A model generated the notes under the pieces. It made no database searches and was not told where the DNA came from. It saw only the letters and a program-made list of their open reading frames with translations. Source: Candidatus Brockarchaeota archaeon (GTDB taxonomy: Archaea > Thermoproteota > EX4484-205 > JAAOZO01). From it: 64,000 nucleotides of DNA. Of this stretch, positions 28,952-37,522 are shown piece after piece; the first letter of the stretch is position 1; each line of letters opens with the position of its first letter. Where the stretch lies: positions 23,926-87,925 of the forward strand of contig JAFNIV010000002.1 in NCBI GenBank assembly GCA_017601145.1. The letters are read 5' to 3'. Both the position numbers and the translations under genes were made by a program.

Positions 28952-29995
28952 ATGGTTCTAAAGTTAGCTCTTCTAGGCACTGGGTTTGTAGCAAACTTTC
29001 ACATGTCCGCATTTAAGGAAATTCCAAACGTTGAAATAGTAGCCGTAGCCTCAAAAAATCAAACTCACGCCGAACGTTTTGCAAAGAGGTGGGGCCTAAA
29101 GAAAGCTTACTATGGTGAAGATGCTATAGAAAAAGCTATTAAAGACCCCGAGATAGAAGCTGTTGATATTACTCTCCCTAACTATTTGCACTCTTCAACA
29201 GTAGCTTTAGCAGCAGAGAACCATAAAAACGTTATAGTTGAAAAACCCTTAGCTAGAAACTTAACCGAAGCCCAACAAGCACTCAACGCTGCAAAACGAT
29301 ATGGTATACTACATGCTTACGCTGAAAACATGCTCTTTACACCTCACATGGAAAGAGCAATGGAAATGGTTAGCAAAGGTGCAATAGGTAACGTAATATT
29401 AGTAAAAAGTAGAGAGGCACACTTTGGTCCCCACTCTGCATGGTTTTGGGATCCTGAGCTATCTGGAGGTGGTGCTTTAATTGACATGGGTTGTCATAGT
29501 GTTGAGGTTGATAGAAAACTAGTAAAAAAGAAGCCTGTTAGTGCATTTGCATGGGGTGCTACTCTGTACCACCAAACCAAAGCCGAGGATAGTAGTATAA
29601 TTCTAGTAAAGTATGAAGGCAATGAAGTAGGTCAATCAGAAAACAGCTGGACTGCTCATGGAGGTTTAGACATAAGGTTTGAAATTTATGGAACTGAAGG
29701 TGCTATATTTATTGATTTAACAAGAGAAACTGGAATAAAAATGTTTACTGTTGCTCCAGAAGAAAAAGTTGGGTATGTAATAGAAAAAGCAGAAACAAAA
29801 AGAGGTTGGTTGTTTCCGATATGGAGAGAACATGAAATATATGGATACCTTTCTGAGCTATCGCATTTCGTAAATTCTTTCATAAATGGAAAAATGCCTA
29901 TAGAAAATCTTGAAGATGGTTACGTTGTTAATGCTATAATTGACGCAGGATATAAATCCATGAAATCTGGAAAATGGGAACTTATAAACTATTAG
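28952..29995 (+). CDS. Gfo/Idh/MocA-family sugar dehydrogenase (UDP-sugar 3-dehydrogenase-like)
   Basis: LALLGTGFVANFH Rossmann N-terminus and EKPLA motif; divergent from the DegT gene, suggesting a nucleotide-sugar 3-oxidation/amination pair. Confidence 0.8.
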   Translation: MVLKLALLGTGFVANFHMSAFKEIPNVEIVAVASKNQTHAERFAKRWGLKKAYYGEDAIEKAIKDPEIEAVDITLPNYLHSSTVALAAENHKNVIVEKPLARNLTEAQQALNAAKRYGILHAYAENMLFTPHMERAMEMVSKGAIGNVILVKSREAHFGPHSAWFWDPELSGGGALIDMGCHSVEVDRKLVKKKPVSAFAWGATLYHQTKAEDSSIILVKYEGNEVGQSENSWTAHGGLDIRFEIYGTEGAIFIDLTRETGIKMFTVAPEEKVGYVIEKAETKRGWLFPIWREHEIYGYLSELSHFVNSFINGKMPIENLEDGYVVNAIIDAGYKSMKSGKWELINY

Positions 29996-30020
29996 CTTGT
30001 ACTTTATGAGGTGATGTCAT

Positions 30021-30194
30021 ATGTACAATGAAAAGCTTGAAAATGAAATAAAGAAAATCTCATCAGTTCCATGCAAGCTTGGTGGATGGCACGAATTAGT
30101 TGTAGAAAAATCTGAAGAGTACCCTGATGGTACAATTAAGTATATCTTAGTATGTAAAAAATGTAAAGAGCACTTTGAAGTTGAAGTATACTAG
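30021..30194 (+). CDS. 57-aa zinc-ribbon-like protein (C-x26-CxxC), absent from the ORF track
   Basis: ATG at 30021 preceded by GAGGTGA SD at 30008-30014; sequence MYNEKLENEIKKISSVPCKLGGWHELVVEKSEEYPDGTIKYILVCKKCKEHFEVEVY. Confidence 0.45.
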   Translation: MYNEKLENEIKKISSVPCKLGGWHELVVEKSEEYPDGTIKYILVCKKCKEHFEVEVY

Positions 30195-30225
30195 CAACCG
30201 CAAAAGATCTTCATACTTTTTGTTT

Positions 30226-31362
30226 TTAAGTAGTTGTACTCTTTTTTAATATTTTGAATGATATAAGTAGTGTAGAACTAAGTATAGTGAATGTAACAAG
30301 ACTTATTATTGAATAGTATGCCATATTTACTAAGTATGTTCCTGGACTTATAAGAAAGTCACCTAAAGCTAAGATCATAGGATAAGATGAAGCAAGTGCT
30401 ACTAACACAAGAATTATATTCTGAGTCTCCTTTTTGTTTAAATACCAAGTAACAACAAACCTAGATAACTGAAAAGACACCAACCCTAGTAATATGTATG
30501 CTCCTCCATTTTTAAAGAATGCGCCTAAGATCAGATTGAAGTTTGAAATAATTGTTATAATTGTAACTGCATTTAATCCTTGAATGGCCAAGAATGCTTG
30601 GTATATTCCGTTAAGTGTTCCTAATGTCAATAATACATAACCAACTAGGCTGAAAGCAATGTTTGTTACATATTGAGGTAGCGGGAGTTCTGTTTCAAAA
30701 ATTGTATAAAACTTGTTTTTAATTTTTATATCGAGGTTGAATCCTTTTATAAGCATTGCTAAACCAAAAAGGAATACTGTTATAAACACTCCCTGAGTCA
30801 ACAAATTCAAACTGGAAAGCAATGAGTATAATATCAATAAGACTCCTGAAAATCCTAAGGTGTATCTTTTGAATCTTTCATCAGTAAATAGCATCTTAAT
30901 GTATCTTCCAAGTATTACATAAGATTCTTCAACCGATTTGCTATGTTTTACAACAACTCTTATTACACCTGAAACGGGTAAGTTTGCTTTAATTACTGGA
31001 ATTATGTCTTCATCTCCAAAACCATCAGTTACGATAAAAACGTCTGTTGGGCCATAAGCCTTTGAGACTTGTTTTATTTCTTCAATCACTTTCATTGAAG
31101 AATAAGGTTCTCCTTCTTGAGAGCCTGCAACTATGGCAACTTGACACTCATAACCCTCAGAAACGAGCTTATCGTAAGTTCTCACGGAAGCAAATATCGC
31201 ATTTGCATCTGATTCTTCTGGATCTGCAAGCACTAACTTTAAGCCAGCATCAACAACAGGACCTCTTCCAACAACTGGAGTCTTTATGCTTGCCTTATTG
31301 CCTAGATCGTCATCTAAGTCTACGCAAAGTACTAAAATCTTTCTCTTTCTTTCCTCTTTCAA
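30226..31362 (-). CDS. DUF373-like archaeal membrane protein (cytoplasmic N-domain + multi-TM C-domain)
   Basis: 378 aa; soluble N-terminal ~160 aa followed by 6-7 hydrophobic helices. Confidence 0.5.
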   Translation of the reverse strand: MKEERKRKILVLCVDLDDDLGNKASIKTPVVGRGPVVDAGLKLVLADPEESDANAIFASVRTYDKLVSEGYECQVAIVAGSQEGEPYSSMKVIEEIKQVSKAYGPTDVFIVTDGFGDEDIIPVIKANLPVSGVIRVVVKHSKSVEESYVILGRYIKMLFTDERFKRYTLGFSGVLLILYSLLSSLNLLTQGVFITVFLFGLAMLIKGFNLDIKIKNKFYTIFETELPLPQYVTNIAFSLVGYVLLTLGTLNGIYQAFLAIQGLNAVTIITIISNFNLILGAFFKNGGAYILLGLVSFQLSRFVVTWYLNKKETQNIILVLVALASSYPMILALGDFLISPGTYLVNMAYYSIISLVTFTILSSTLLISFKILKKSTTT

Positions 31363-31411
31363 CTATCTTTCTTAGATCAAAGGAGTTCTAGAAGGAATAA
31401 AATCTTTTCTT

Positions 31412-32281
31412 TTACTGAAGCTTCTGGTTTAACTCATAGTAGATCTTTAGTTCATCAAGTGAAAGTGACTTCCCTTCCTTCAATTTTTGTTCTACTTCTT
31501 GTGCAATTTTACTCTTAATTTCTAATTCTTCCTTAAGTTTTCTTTCCTTAGTGTAGTCTTTCTGTGTTCTTAGCGAAGACATCAAAAGATAAGCTTTTGC
31601 ATCTTTCTCAACGAGTTTCATAAAGAGGTCATTTTTCTGTTTTACTAGTTCTTGAATTTCATTTCTCGTTTTTTCTAAATCTTTTATCAAGTTCTCTCTA
31701 GTACTCTTTAGTTCCAAGATTTTCTTGTGGTATGCATCTGATGACTGTATGAGCAAGCTCCTTTTATTTCTTAATTCAGTTACTTTGTCCTTCATTTCTA
31801 CCATTTTATCCTTTATTTCTTTTTCCTTTTCTGTAGTCGTCGATAGTTTGTCATAAGACGTAATTATAGATCTCAAATGCTCTATTTCATTAACTATTAA
31901 AGCTTCTTCCTTAGGGTTGTGCGGCTCTGTTACGAGTTTCCACTCTAATTGGCTTAATCTCTTCCTAGCTTCCTCTTCACTCATTTTGAACTTAGCTTTT
32001 AGTCTATTTCTTAGAGCATCTCTGGTTCTTAGTTCGTTTCTTAATGTATTAAGTTCTGAAACTATTTTATTGATTTCTTCTTTTATTTTCTTTACTTGAG
32101 CGTTACTTTCATCTCTTTGTTTCCTGTTTTCTATTATTTCTTTGGATATGGCTCTTATTTGCTCTACTAGCTTGTTTCTTTGTTCTACTTTTTCTTTTAA
32201 TGTTTTTTTAACTTCTTGAAGTTGTTTCTCTAGTTCTCTTGCTTCTTGGCGTAGCTCGTTAAGTTCAGGGATTACGCTCAA
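31412..32281 (-). CDS. coiled-coil protein (K/E-rich)
   Basis: 289 aa, continuous heptad repeats; just downstream of the GPN-loop GTPase gene on the same strand. Confidence 0.5.
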   Translation of the reverse strand: MSVIPELNELRQEARELEKQLQEVKKTLKEKVEQRNKLVEQIRAISKEIIENRKQRDESNAQVKKIKEEINKIVSELNTLRNELRTRDALRNRLKAKFKMSEEEARKRLSQLEWKLVTEPHNPKEEALIVNEIEHLRSIITSYDKLSTTTEKEKEIKDKMVEMKDKVTELRNKRSLLIQSSDAYHKKILELKSTRENLIKDLEKTRNEIQELVKQKNDLFMKLVEKDAKAYLLMSSLRTQKDYTKERKLKEELEIKSKIAQEVEQKLKEGKSLSLDELKIYYELNQKLQ

Positions 32282-32336
32282 ACTTCCTGCGTTTTTCTCT
32301 TTTTTACCTAAATAAAAACATTTCTGTTAGTCCTAG

Positions 32337-33134
32337 CTATGATGGAGGCCCGTATTTCGTTTCTTCTCCCCTAAAGAAAATTCGTGATATCGAAGCATAA
32401 AGGTCGATTATTCCCTCTAAAGTTTTAGAAGATGTAATTATTGGCTTTTCTAAAAACCCGAGAGAAGGAATTGACTTTACTGCGTTCTTTACATATAAAT
32501 ATTTTTCAGCATCATATATTCTTCTTACGTCATCTATTATTGTTTCTTTATTAGTAAACCACTTAAAAATTTTTTTAATGGTGTCTTCACTTACTAAATC
32601 TGCCTTTGTTACTACCGTAATAGTTGGAAGCAAGAACCTAGAGTAAACAGCAGCCTCAAGAAATAAGTTTGATATAAAGTTCATAGGTTCGGAGGAAAAC
32701 GCAGCATCAACCAAATAAGCTATCGCCTTATTCCCTCTAAATAGTTCTTCTGCAAGAACTAATCCACCACTTCTAAACGCAAACAATTCAATTTGTCCAG
32801 GTGTGTCGACAACAAAGAGGTCTGCTGTAGATTCATTGAATATTTTTCTCATTTCATCGATATGGTCTACTAGTAGGTCAATACTAAGAATTAGTGCAGA
32901 GTTTGGTCCAAGTCCCTCCGTTCTCATAATTTCGTAAACATCTACGTAATCTCTAGCGTCTATCAATGGTTCATATGGTAAAAATTCAACTCCTGGATCT
33001 AAATTTATAGCCTCAGCATTTATTCCTTTTCTAATTAACCAGTCAACTATACTTGAAGTTAAACTCGTTTTTCCACTACCGGCTGTACCTATTACAAATA
33101 ACGCTGGAGCTTCTTCTACTTTATTTTTGGACAT
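32337..33134 (-). CDS. GPN-loop GTPase (XAB1/Npa3 family)
   Basis: Walker A IGTAGSGKTS and diagnostic GPN motif (LGPNSALI). Confidence 0.8.
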   Translation of the reverse strand: MSKNKVEEAPALFVIGTAGSGKTSLTSSIVDWLIRKGINAEAINLDPGVEFLPYEPLIDARDYVDVYEIMRTEGLGPNSALILSIDLLVDHIDEMRKIFNESTADLFVVDTPGQIELFAFRSGGLVLAEELFRGNKAIAYLVDAAFSSEPMNFISNLFLEAAVYSRFLLPTITVVTKADLVSEDTIKKIFKWFTNKETIIDDVRRIYDAEKYLYVKNAVKSIPSLGFLEKPIITSSKTLEGIIDLYASISRIFFRGEETKYGPPS

Positions 33135-34056
33135 TTTTGTTTATGTGACTTAACCCATAATACGTTTGGTGCTCTTTTAATCTTCTTTTTATCGTATCAA
33201 TACTCAAATCGTCATCGAGGAATTCGTTTATTTGTCTGTATTTAGCTCTTAACACGGCTGTAGCCGTTGCTTCTAATCCTGCATCTATTAATTCTTTTCC
33301 TTGAACAATCTTTAGAGAAAAAACCATAGAATAAATATCTCCACAACCTACATCATTCTCAAAAATAAGCTCTCTTGGTATCGGTATAAAATGTCGTTCA
33401 TTCTTTGAAAAAACAAAAGAACCATAACTTGCCATAGTAAGTGCAACATAATTCGCTCCCTCATTGTTTTCAGATTTTATCAATTCTTGTATTCTTCTCT
33501 TCACTGCAAAAAGTAACTCTTCCTTAGATAAATGTAATGAGAACGCGCTCTTTAGCCATTTCTCGCTAGAGTCCCAAAATATATTCCTCAACGGACCAAC
33601 TTTATCTTCTCTAACAAACCCTTGAACTTCTATTGATATTTTTCCCTTGAAATTATTTTTTAAAATGTACTCCACGAGAACATCGTCAATTTCTCCTAAA
33701 ACTGGAGTTATGTGAATTATCTCGAACTCTTTTAAGTCGAAAGGTATCTCCATTATTTTTTTGGTTGTTGTAGATAAAACTTCTTGTTTTCTTAATCCTG
33801 GTCTAATTAAGTAGTTTAGGAACTTTACCGTACCCTCATCTTTAAGTAAGTAAACTTCTGTTCCAGTTGATTCAATTAAGTCCAAATATTTTTGATTAAA
33901 GTCTCTTCCAACAGTAGTCAATAATGTTACTTTCGCTCCTAACTTTCTCGCTGCAATGGCGCTATAGAATGCTCCCCCTCCTAACATCTCTTCCCTATAT
34001 TTTCCATAAAAGTCTATGTAATCGATTGTTAAGGCCCCTATCGCTAAAACCCTCAT
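33121..34056 (-). CDS. pfkB-family carbohydrate kinase
   Basis: 311 aa; ribokinase-like fold motifs (GGGAFYSAIAARKLG; DVGCGD anion hole); 14-nt overlap with the GTPase gene. Confidence 0.65.
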   Translation of the reverse strand: MRVLAIGALTIDYIDFYGKYREEMLGGGAFYSAIAARKLGAKVTLLTTVGRDFNQKYLDLIESTGTEVYLLKDEGTVKFLNYLIRPGLRKQEVLSTTTKKIMEIPFDLKEFEIIHITPVLGEIDDVLVEYILKNNFKGKISIEVQGFVREDKVGPLRNIFWDSSEKWLKSAFSLHLSKEELLFAVKRRIQELIKSENNEGANYVALTMASYGSFVFSKNERHFIPIPRELIFENDVGCGDIYSMVFSLKIVQGKELIDAGLEATATAVLRAKYRQINEFLDDDLSIDTIKRRLKEHQTYYGLSHINKNVQK

Positions 34057-34061
34057 TTTTA

Positions 34062-35330
34062 TTAAAAACTATAAAATTCTACACCTCTATCTACTTCAAC
34101 TACAGTTGCGCTAGTAGCTCCTGCTTCAAGAGCTTCATTAACTACGTTGTTCGCTTCTTCTTTATTTCTCACAAGGGCTATAAGATTATTTATTGCTTTT
34201 TTACTACTAACTTTAATTCCTAGAACTGGAGAAAAAGCTAAAATATAGTTTCTTATTTTTTCTATTTTCTCTGTAGACATTTCATAAGAATCTCTTAATA
34301 TTTCATGTTGATAGTTCATTATCTCTCCAAGCACTACCTCTGGATTCCAGTTCATTTTTTCTAATTTTCTTATTCTTTCTTCATCAAACATTTCTTTCAG
34401 TTTTGCAATATTTATTTCATCTCCTTTAAGGATTGAGATTGCAATTTGTGTTGATACGTTCATATCTATTGTAAACAAGAATCTTTTTGCTGAAGTTTCT
34501 GGAATTAAAAATAAATACTTCATAAGTTCCTGCTTAGATATTTTCTCCCAATCAACTTCGTAACTTGTTTTCCCAAGTTTTTTCTTAAAAGTTTTATGTA
34601 GCATCGGTGACTCAAGCAGTAATTGTAATCCTTCGTTTATTTCATTCTCTCGTTCGCTTCGTATGCTGTCTACCGGTCGAGTTTCACCAGAGTTTATAAC
34701 GACTAACGTAAGCGGAAATCTACTGATCTCTTCTACTTCTATTGTTGGTTTTTGCCTCAATACAACAATTCCTCCAAAAGTTGAAGTATACTGCTCAATT
34801 CGTCCGCATAGCGTACCTACTTCATAAGACTCTGCTAGAAAAGAGTATTCTGCTATTCTTTTTTTGTCTAGTCCTAAGTTAAATATTCCATTTAGTAACA
34901 TCATACTTGAAACTTCTAATGTTCCACTTCCTGATATATCTTGGCTTATTGGTGTATCACTTCTTATGTAAATTTTTAAACCATTAATTTTTGCACTTTC
35001 TTTTTCCATTCTTTTAAGTACTCTAATAATTGCTGCTAAGTATTCTATAGAGTTTTTCTCCTTTTTTGAAGTATCTTTCAAATCAATCTCGTACTCCACT
35101 ATTTCTTTATTTCCAGATAAGCTTTCTGTTGTGCTGATCTTTATTTTTTCTTCATTTAGAGGAACTGCATATACATAAGTCCTAAGATTTACTGCTGCAG
35201 CTACGACTGGTAGTCCTTTATAATCTTGGTGTGTGTTAAATAGGTCCACTCCTCCTGGTGCAGAAGCTACAAATTTTGGTTTAGCTCCCAAAATTTTTTC
35301 AGCTTCTTCAAAGTACTTTTTATGAATCAT
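34062..35330 (-). CDS. GHMP-family kinase (galactokinase-like N-terminus)
   Basis: APGGVDLFNTHQDY resembles the GalK N-terminal motif APGRVNLIGEHTDY; glycine-rich ISGSGTLEVSS motif. Confidence 0.55.
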   Translation of the reverse strand: MIHKKYFEEAEKILGAKPKFVASAPGGVDLFNTHQDYKGLPVVAAAVNLRTYVYAVPLNEEKIKISTTESLSGNKEIVEYEIDLKDTSKKEKNSIEYLAAIIRVLKRMEKESAKINGLKIYIRSDTPISQDISGSGTLEVSSMMLLNGIFNLGLDKKRIAEYSFLAESYEVGTLCGRIEQYTSTFGGIVVLRQKPTIEVEEISRFPLTLVVINSGETRPVDSIRSERENEINEGLQLLLESPMLHKTFKKKLGKTSYEVDWEKISKQELMKYLFLIPETSAKRFLFTIDMNVSTQIAISILKGDEINIAKLKEMFDEERIRKLEKMNWNPEVVLGEIMNYQHEILRDSYEMSTEKIEKIRNYILAFSPVLGIKVSSKKAINNLIALVRNKEEANNVVNEALEAGATSATVVEVDRGVEFYSF

Positions 35331-35899
35331 CTTCTCTCTCCTTTAGACTGGTTAGCTTTACTTTTGTAATGCTTTGAAGTAACTGTTTATAAACTTATCA
35401 TTTTAGTCTTGAATTTCACTTATGACCTTATGTCTAGGGGATAATTCTTGCTTTATAACATCTTTTTTATAAAATTTAATGCAAAGTAAATTTGAGATGC
35501 TTTGCAAAAGTCTCGGCAAGAAAGCCATAGTTTTAACCTTGGATGAGTTGCTGATAGGTTTTTAATACAACGAAAATAGTACTGATACACACCACAGGAA
35601 ACAGGGACGTTGCGACGTATTAAATATACCCCGCCTCTGTGAAAGTGAAAGTTAACGGTAGCACACTCTTTGCTTCTAAGGTGGAATGGAATGAAGTGGG
35701 AGCGAAAAGGGCAATGAACACTAGAATGATGATCACTCTAGAAGCAAGAATCTTCAAACTTCAGTCGTAGAAGTGTCAACTAAACTAAGATGATATAATT
35801 TATGTAATTAATTAAAGAAAGTGCGCATAGATTATTGAGATTATAGAAAAGTATACATTGGAAGTAATTTTATGTCGAAAAGCTGAACTTAAAGTCTTC

Positions 35900-36655
35900 T
35901 TATTTGTTTTTAGTTTTTTCTATAAGTTCTAAATCTTCAAGAGCCGCAAGTAAGTCTTTTACTGATGGTAAATTGCACAATCCCAAAGGTAAGTTATCTC
36001 TTCTTGCTATTTCTATAGCGACTGGATCCAGACTTGAAGGTCCATGTACTATAACTGCACTTGGTTTGAACGGGTAAATTCTTACTGCTACAAGTGGTGA
36101 TCTGCCATGAGTAACGTTTGTAAATATTAAGGCTCTCTTTGCTGTACTTCCAAAAAGTCTCATAAATTCAGTTCCCTCAAAATACAATATTGCTTTTATA
36201 CTATCTACAACTGTATACCCAAAAATATAGTCTTCTGTATTCGGCGTATCTACCAAGGAATAAGAGTTGGTTGCGTTGAATAACGCGCTAATTTTTAGTG
36301 GAGTCGCAAGTTCTCTCATAGCAAGAATAACTCCTGGTGGTGGAAGTTCTGATCTAGAAAGCTCTGCCACCTTTTTTCCTCCCTTCATTATGTCAATGTT
36401 TAACAAAGCTTTTACAAAGTTCTTTATAAACTTCGTTCCAGGATTTTTTCTTCTGCCTCTTTCATAATCACTTAGTACTGAAGGTGATATTTTCATTTGT
36501 TCTGAAAGATCCTTTTGGGAAACTTCAAAAATAAGTCTCCATTTTTTTAGCGTTTTCCCTGAGTCATCACTTAATATTATGTCACCCAAAACTTTTTTAG
36601 CTGCAAGATCCTTAGCATAAGTTAAAAGTTCGTCTAACTCTTCTTCGTCATTCAT
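35900..36655 (-). CDS. HTH (XRE-type) transcriptional regulator with C-terminal effector domain
   Basis: 251 aa; helix-turn-helix QKDLSEQMKISPSVLSDYERGRR. Confidence 0.55.
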   Translation of the reverse strand: MNDEEELDELLTYAKDLAAKKVLGDIILSDDSGKTLKKWRLIFEVSQKDLSEQMKISPSVLSDYERGRRKNPGTKFIKNFVKALLNIDIMKGGKKVAELSRSELPPPGVILAMRELATPLKISALFNATNSYSLVDTPNTEDYIFGYTVVDSIKAILYFEGTEFMRLFGSTAKRALIFTNVTHGRSPLVAVRIYPFKPSAVIVHGPSSLDPVAIEIARRDNLPLGLCNLPSVKDLLAALEDLELIEKTKNK

Positions 36656-36784
36656 AGTTAGCTTCTCTTCTTACCATATTGCCTAAATTTATTTCTTTCT
36701 CTTCTTCTAATAAAAATCTTATGTTGAGAAAAATCATTCTTTTCTAACCTTACCTTTGTTTTTACTTAGTATATAAAGCAAAAA

Positions 36785-37096
36785 TTAGATTACGGTAATT
36801 TCGCTACGTCCATATCCATTCTTCTGTAAAAACTCTTTAGATTTTTGCCTTTGGTCACCTTGAAGATAAATCTTTCCATCTTTTGTAGTTCCCCCGCACG
36901 CGCAAAAAGATTTCAAACGGCTTGCTAGTTTTTCTAAATTATTTGGCTTTTCGTTTATGCCCTCTATTATGGTCATAGGCTTGTTAAACTTTCTGACTTC
37001 AAGCCTTATTGTTATTCTTTGTTCTTCTTTGAGCAGTTCATTTAAAATATCTTCTTTTTCAAAGAAGTTAATTTCTTCCGAACCCTTTTCCGTCAC
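36785..37096 (-). CDS. sui1: translation initiation factor aSUI1 (eIF1 homolog)
   Basis: 103 aa; SUI1 domain with the conserved CACGGT block. Confidence 0.85.
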   Translation of the reverse strand: MTEKGSEEINFFEKEDILNELLKEEQRITIRLEVRKFNKPMTIIEGINEKPNNLEKLASRLKSFCACGGTTKDGKIYLQGDQRQKSKEFLQKNGYGRSEITVI

Positions 37097-37149
37097 CTAG
37101 TACTCTCTAACTTTATTTTGCTTAAGGGAGTATTTAAAGATAACGCTTG

Positions 37150-37390
37150 TATAGGTTATTAGTGTGAACTACTCCTCGCTATCGCAAGGAGCTTCCTGCT
37201 TCCACGGACAGACTCGCTCTCCACTCACCCACAGCGGAGGCCTCGGCAAGTGAGGCCGTTTCGAGGAACCCGTGTGGAAGGTGGGTTACGGAGGTCTTGC
37301 CCTCAGCAGGCGTCTCTTTCGGCCTGTCCCATGCCTACTAGGTAGTAGGCACTTTTCGGCTTTCATCCCCCTGCGAAAGCTGGGGGACTT
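37150..37390. ncRNA. GC-rich structured RNA gene (SRP/7S RNA or RNase P RNA candidate; strand unresolved)
   Basis: ~60% GC island in a ~33% GC background with no ORF; perfect hairpins GCCTACTA/TAGTAGGC (37323-37340) and CCCCC-TGC-GAAA-GC-T-GGGGG (37357-37376, GNRA loop), GGCCTC/GAGGCC hairpin, long-range complements CTTCCACGG / CCGTGTGGAAG and GGACAG / CTGTCC; minus strand carries GGGAAGUCC and GUCCGUGGAAGCAGGAAGC motifs. Confidence 0.6.
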
Positions 37391-37522
37391 CCCGCCATAA
37401 AAGTTAAAAACCAATGTCTTTTCAAATACTCTATAAGCTTTAGATGGTGATAAGTCAGTAATCTCTCCTCATAGCAAAAAACATATTTATTGACTTAGGC
37501 TTTCTATTGCAATGATAAGACG

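Noticed and set aside
35738-35810. Possible C/D-box sRNA (AAUGAUGA ... GAUGAUA)
   Set aside because: No CUGA D/D' boxes at appropriate spacing on either strand and no terminal stem
37150-37390. Attempt to assign the GC-rich island specifically to RNase P RNA (minus-strand GGGAAGUCCCCCAGC resembling P4)
   Set aside because: The would-be P4 partner (GGGGGAU) is immediately adjacent, forming a local hairpin rather than the long-range P4 helix, and no ACAGAA-CCGGCUUA 3' strand was found; identity left open between SRP and RNase P RNA
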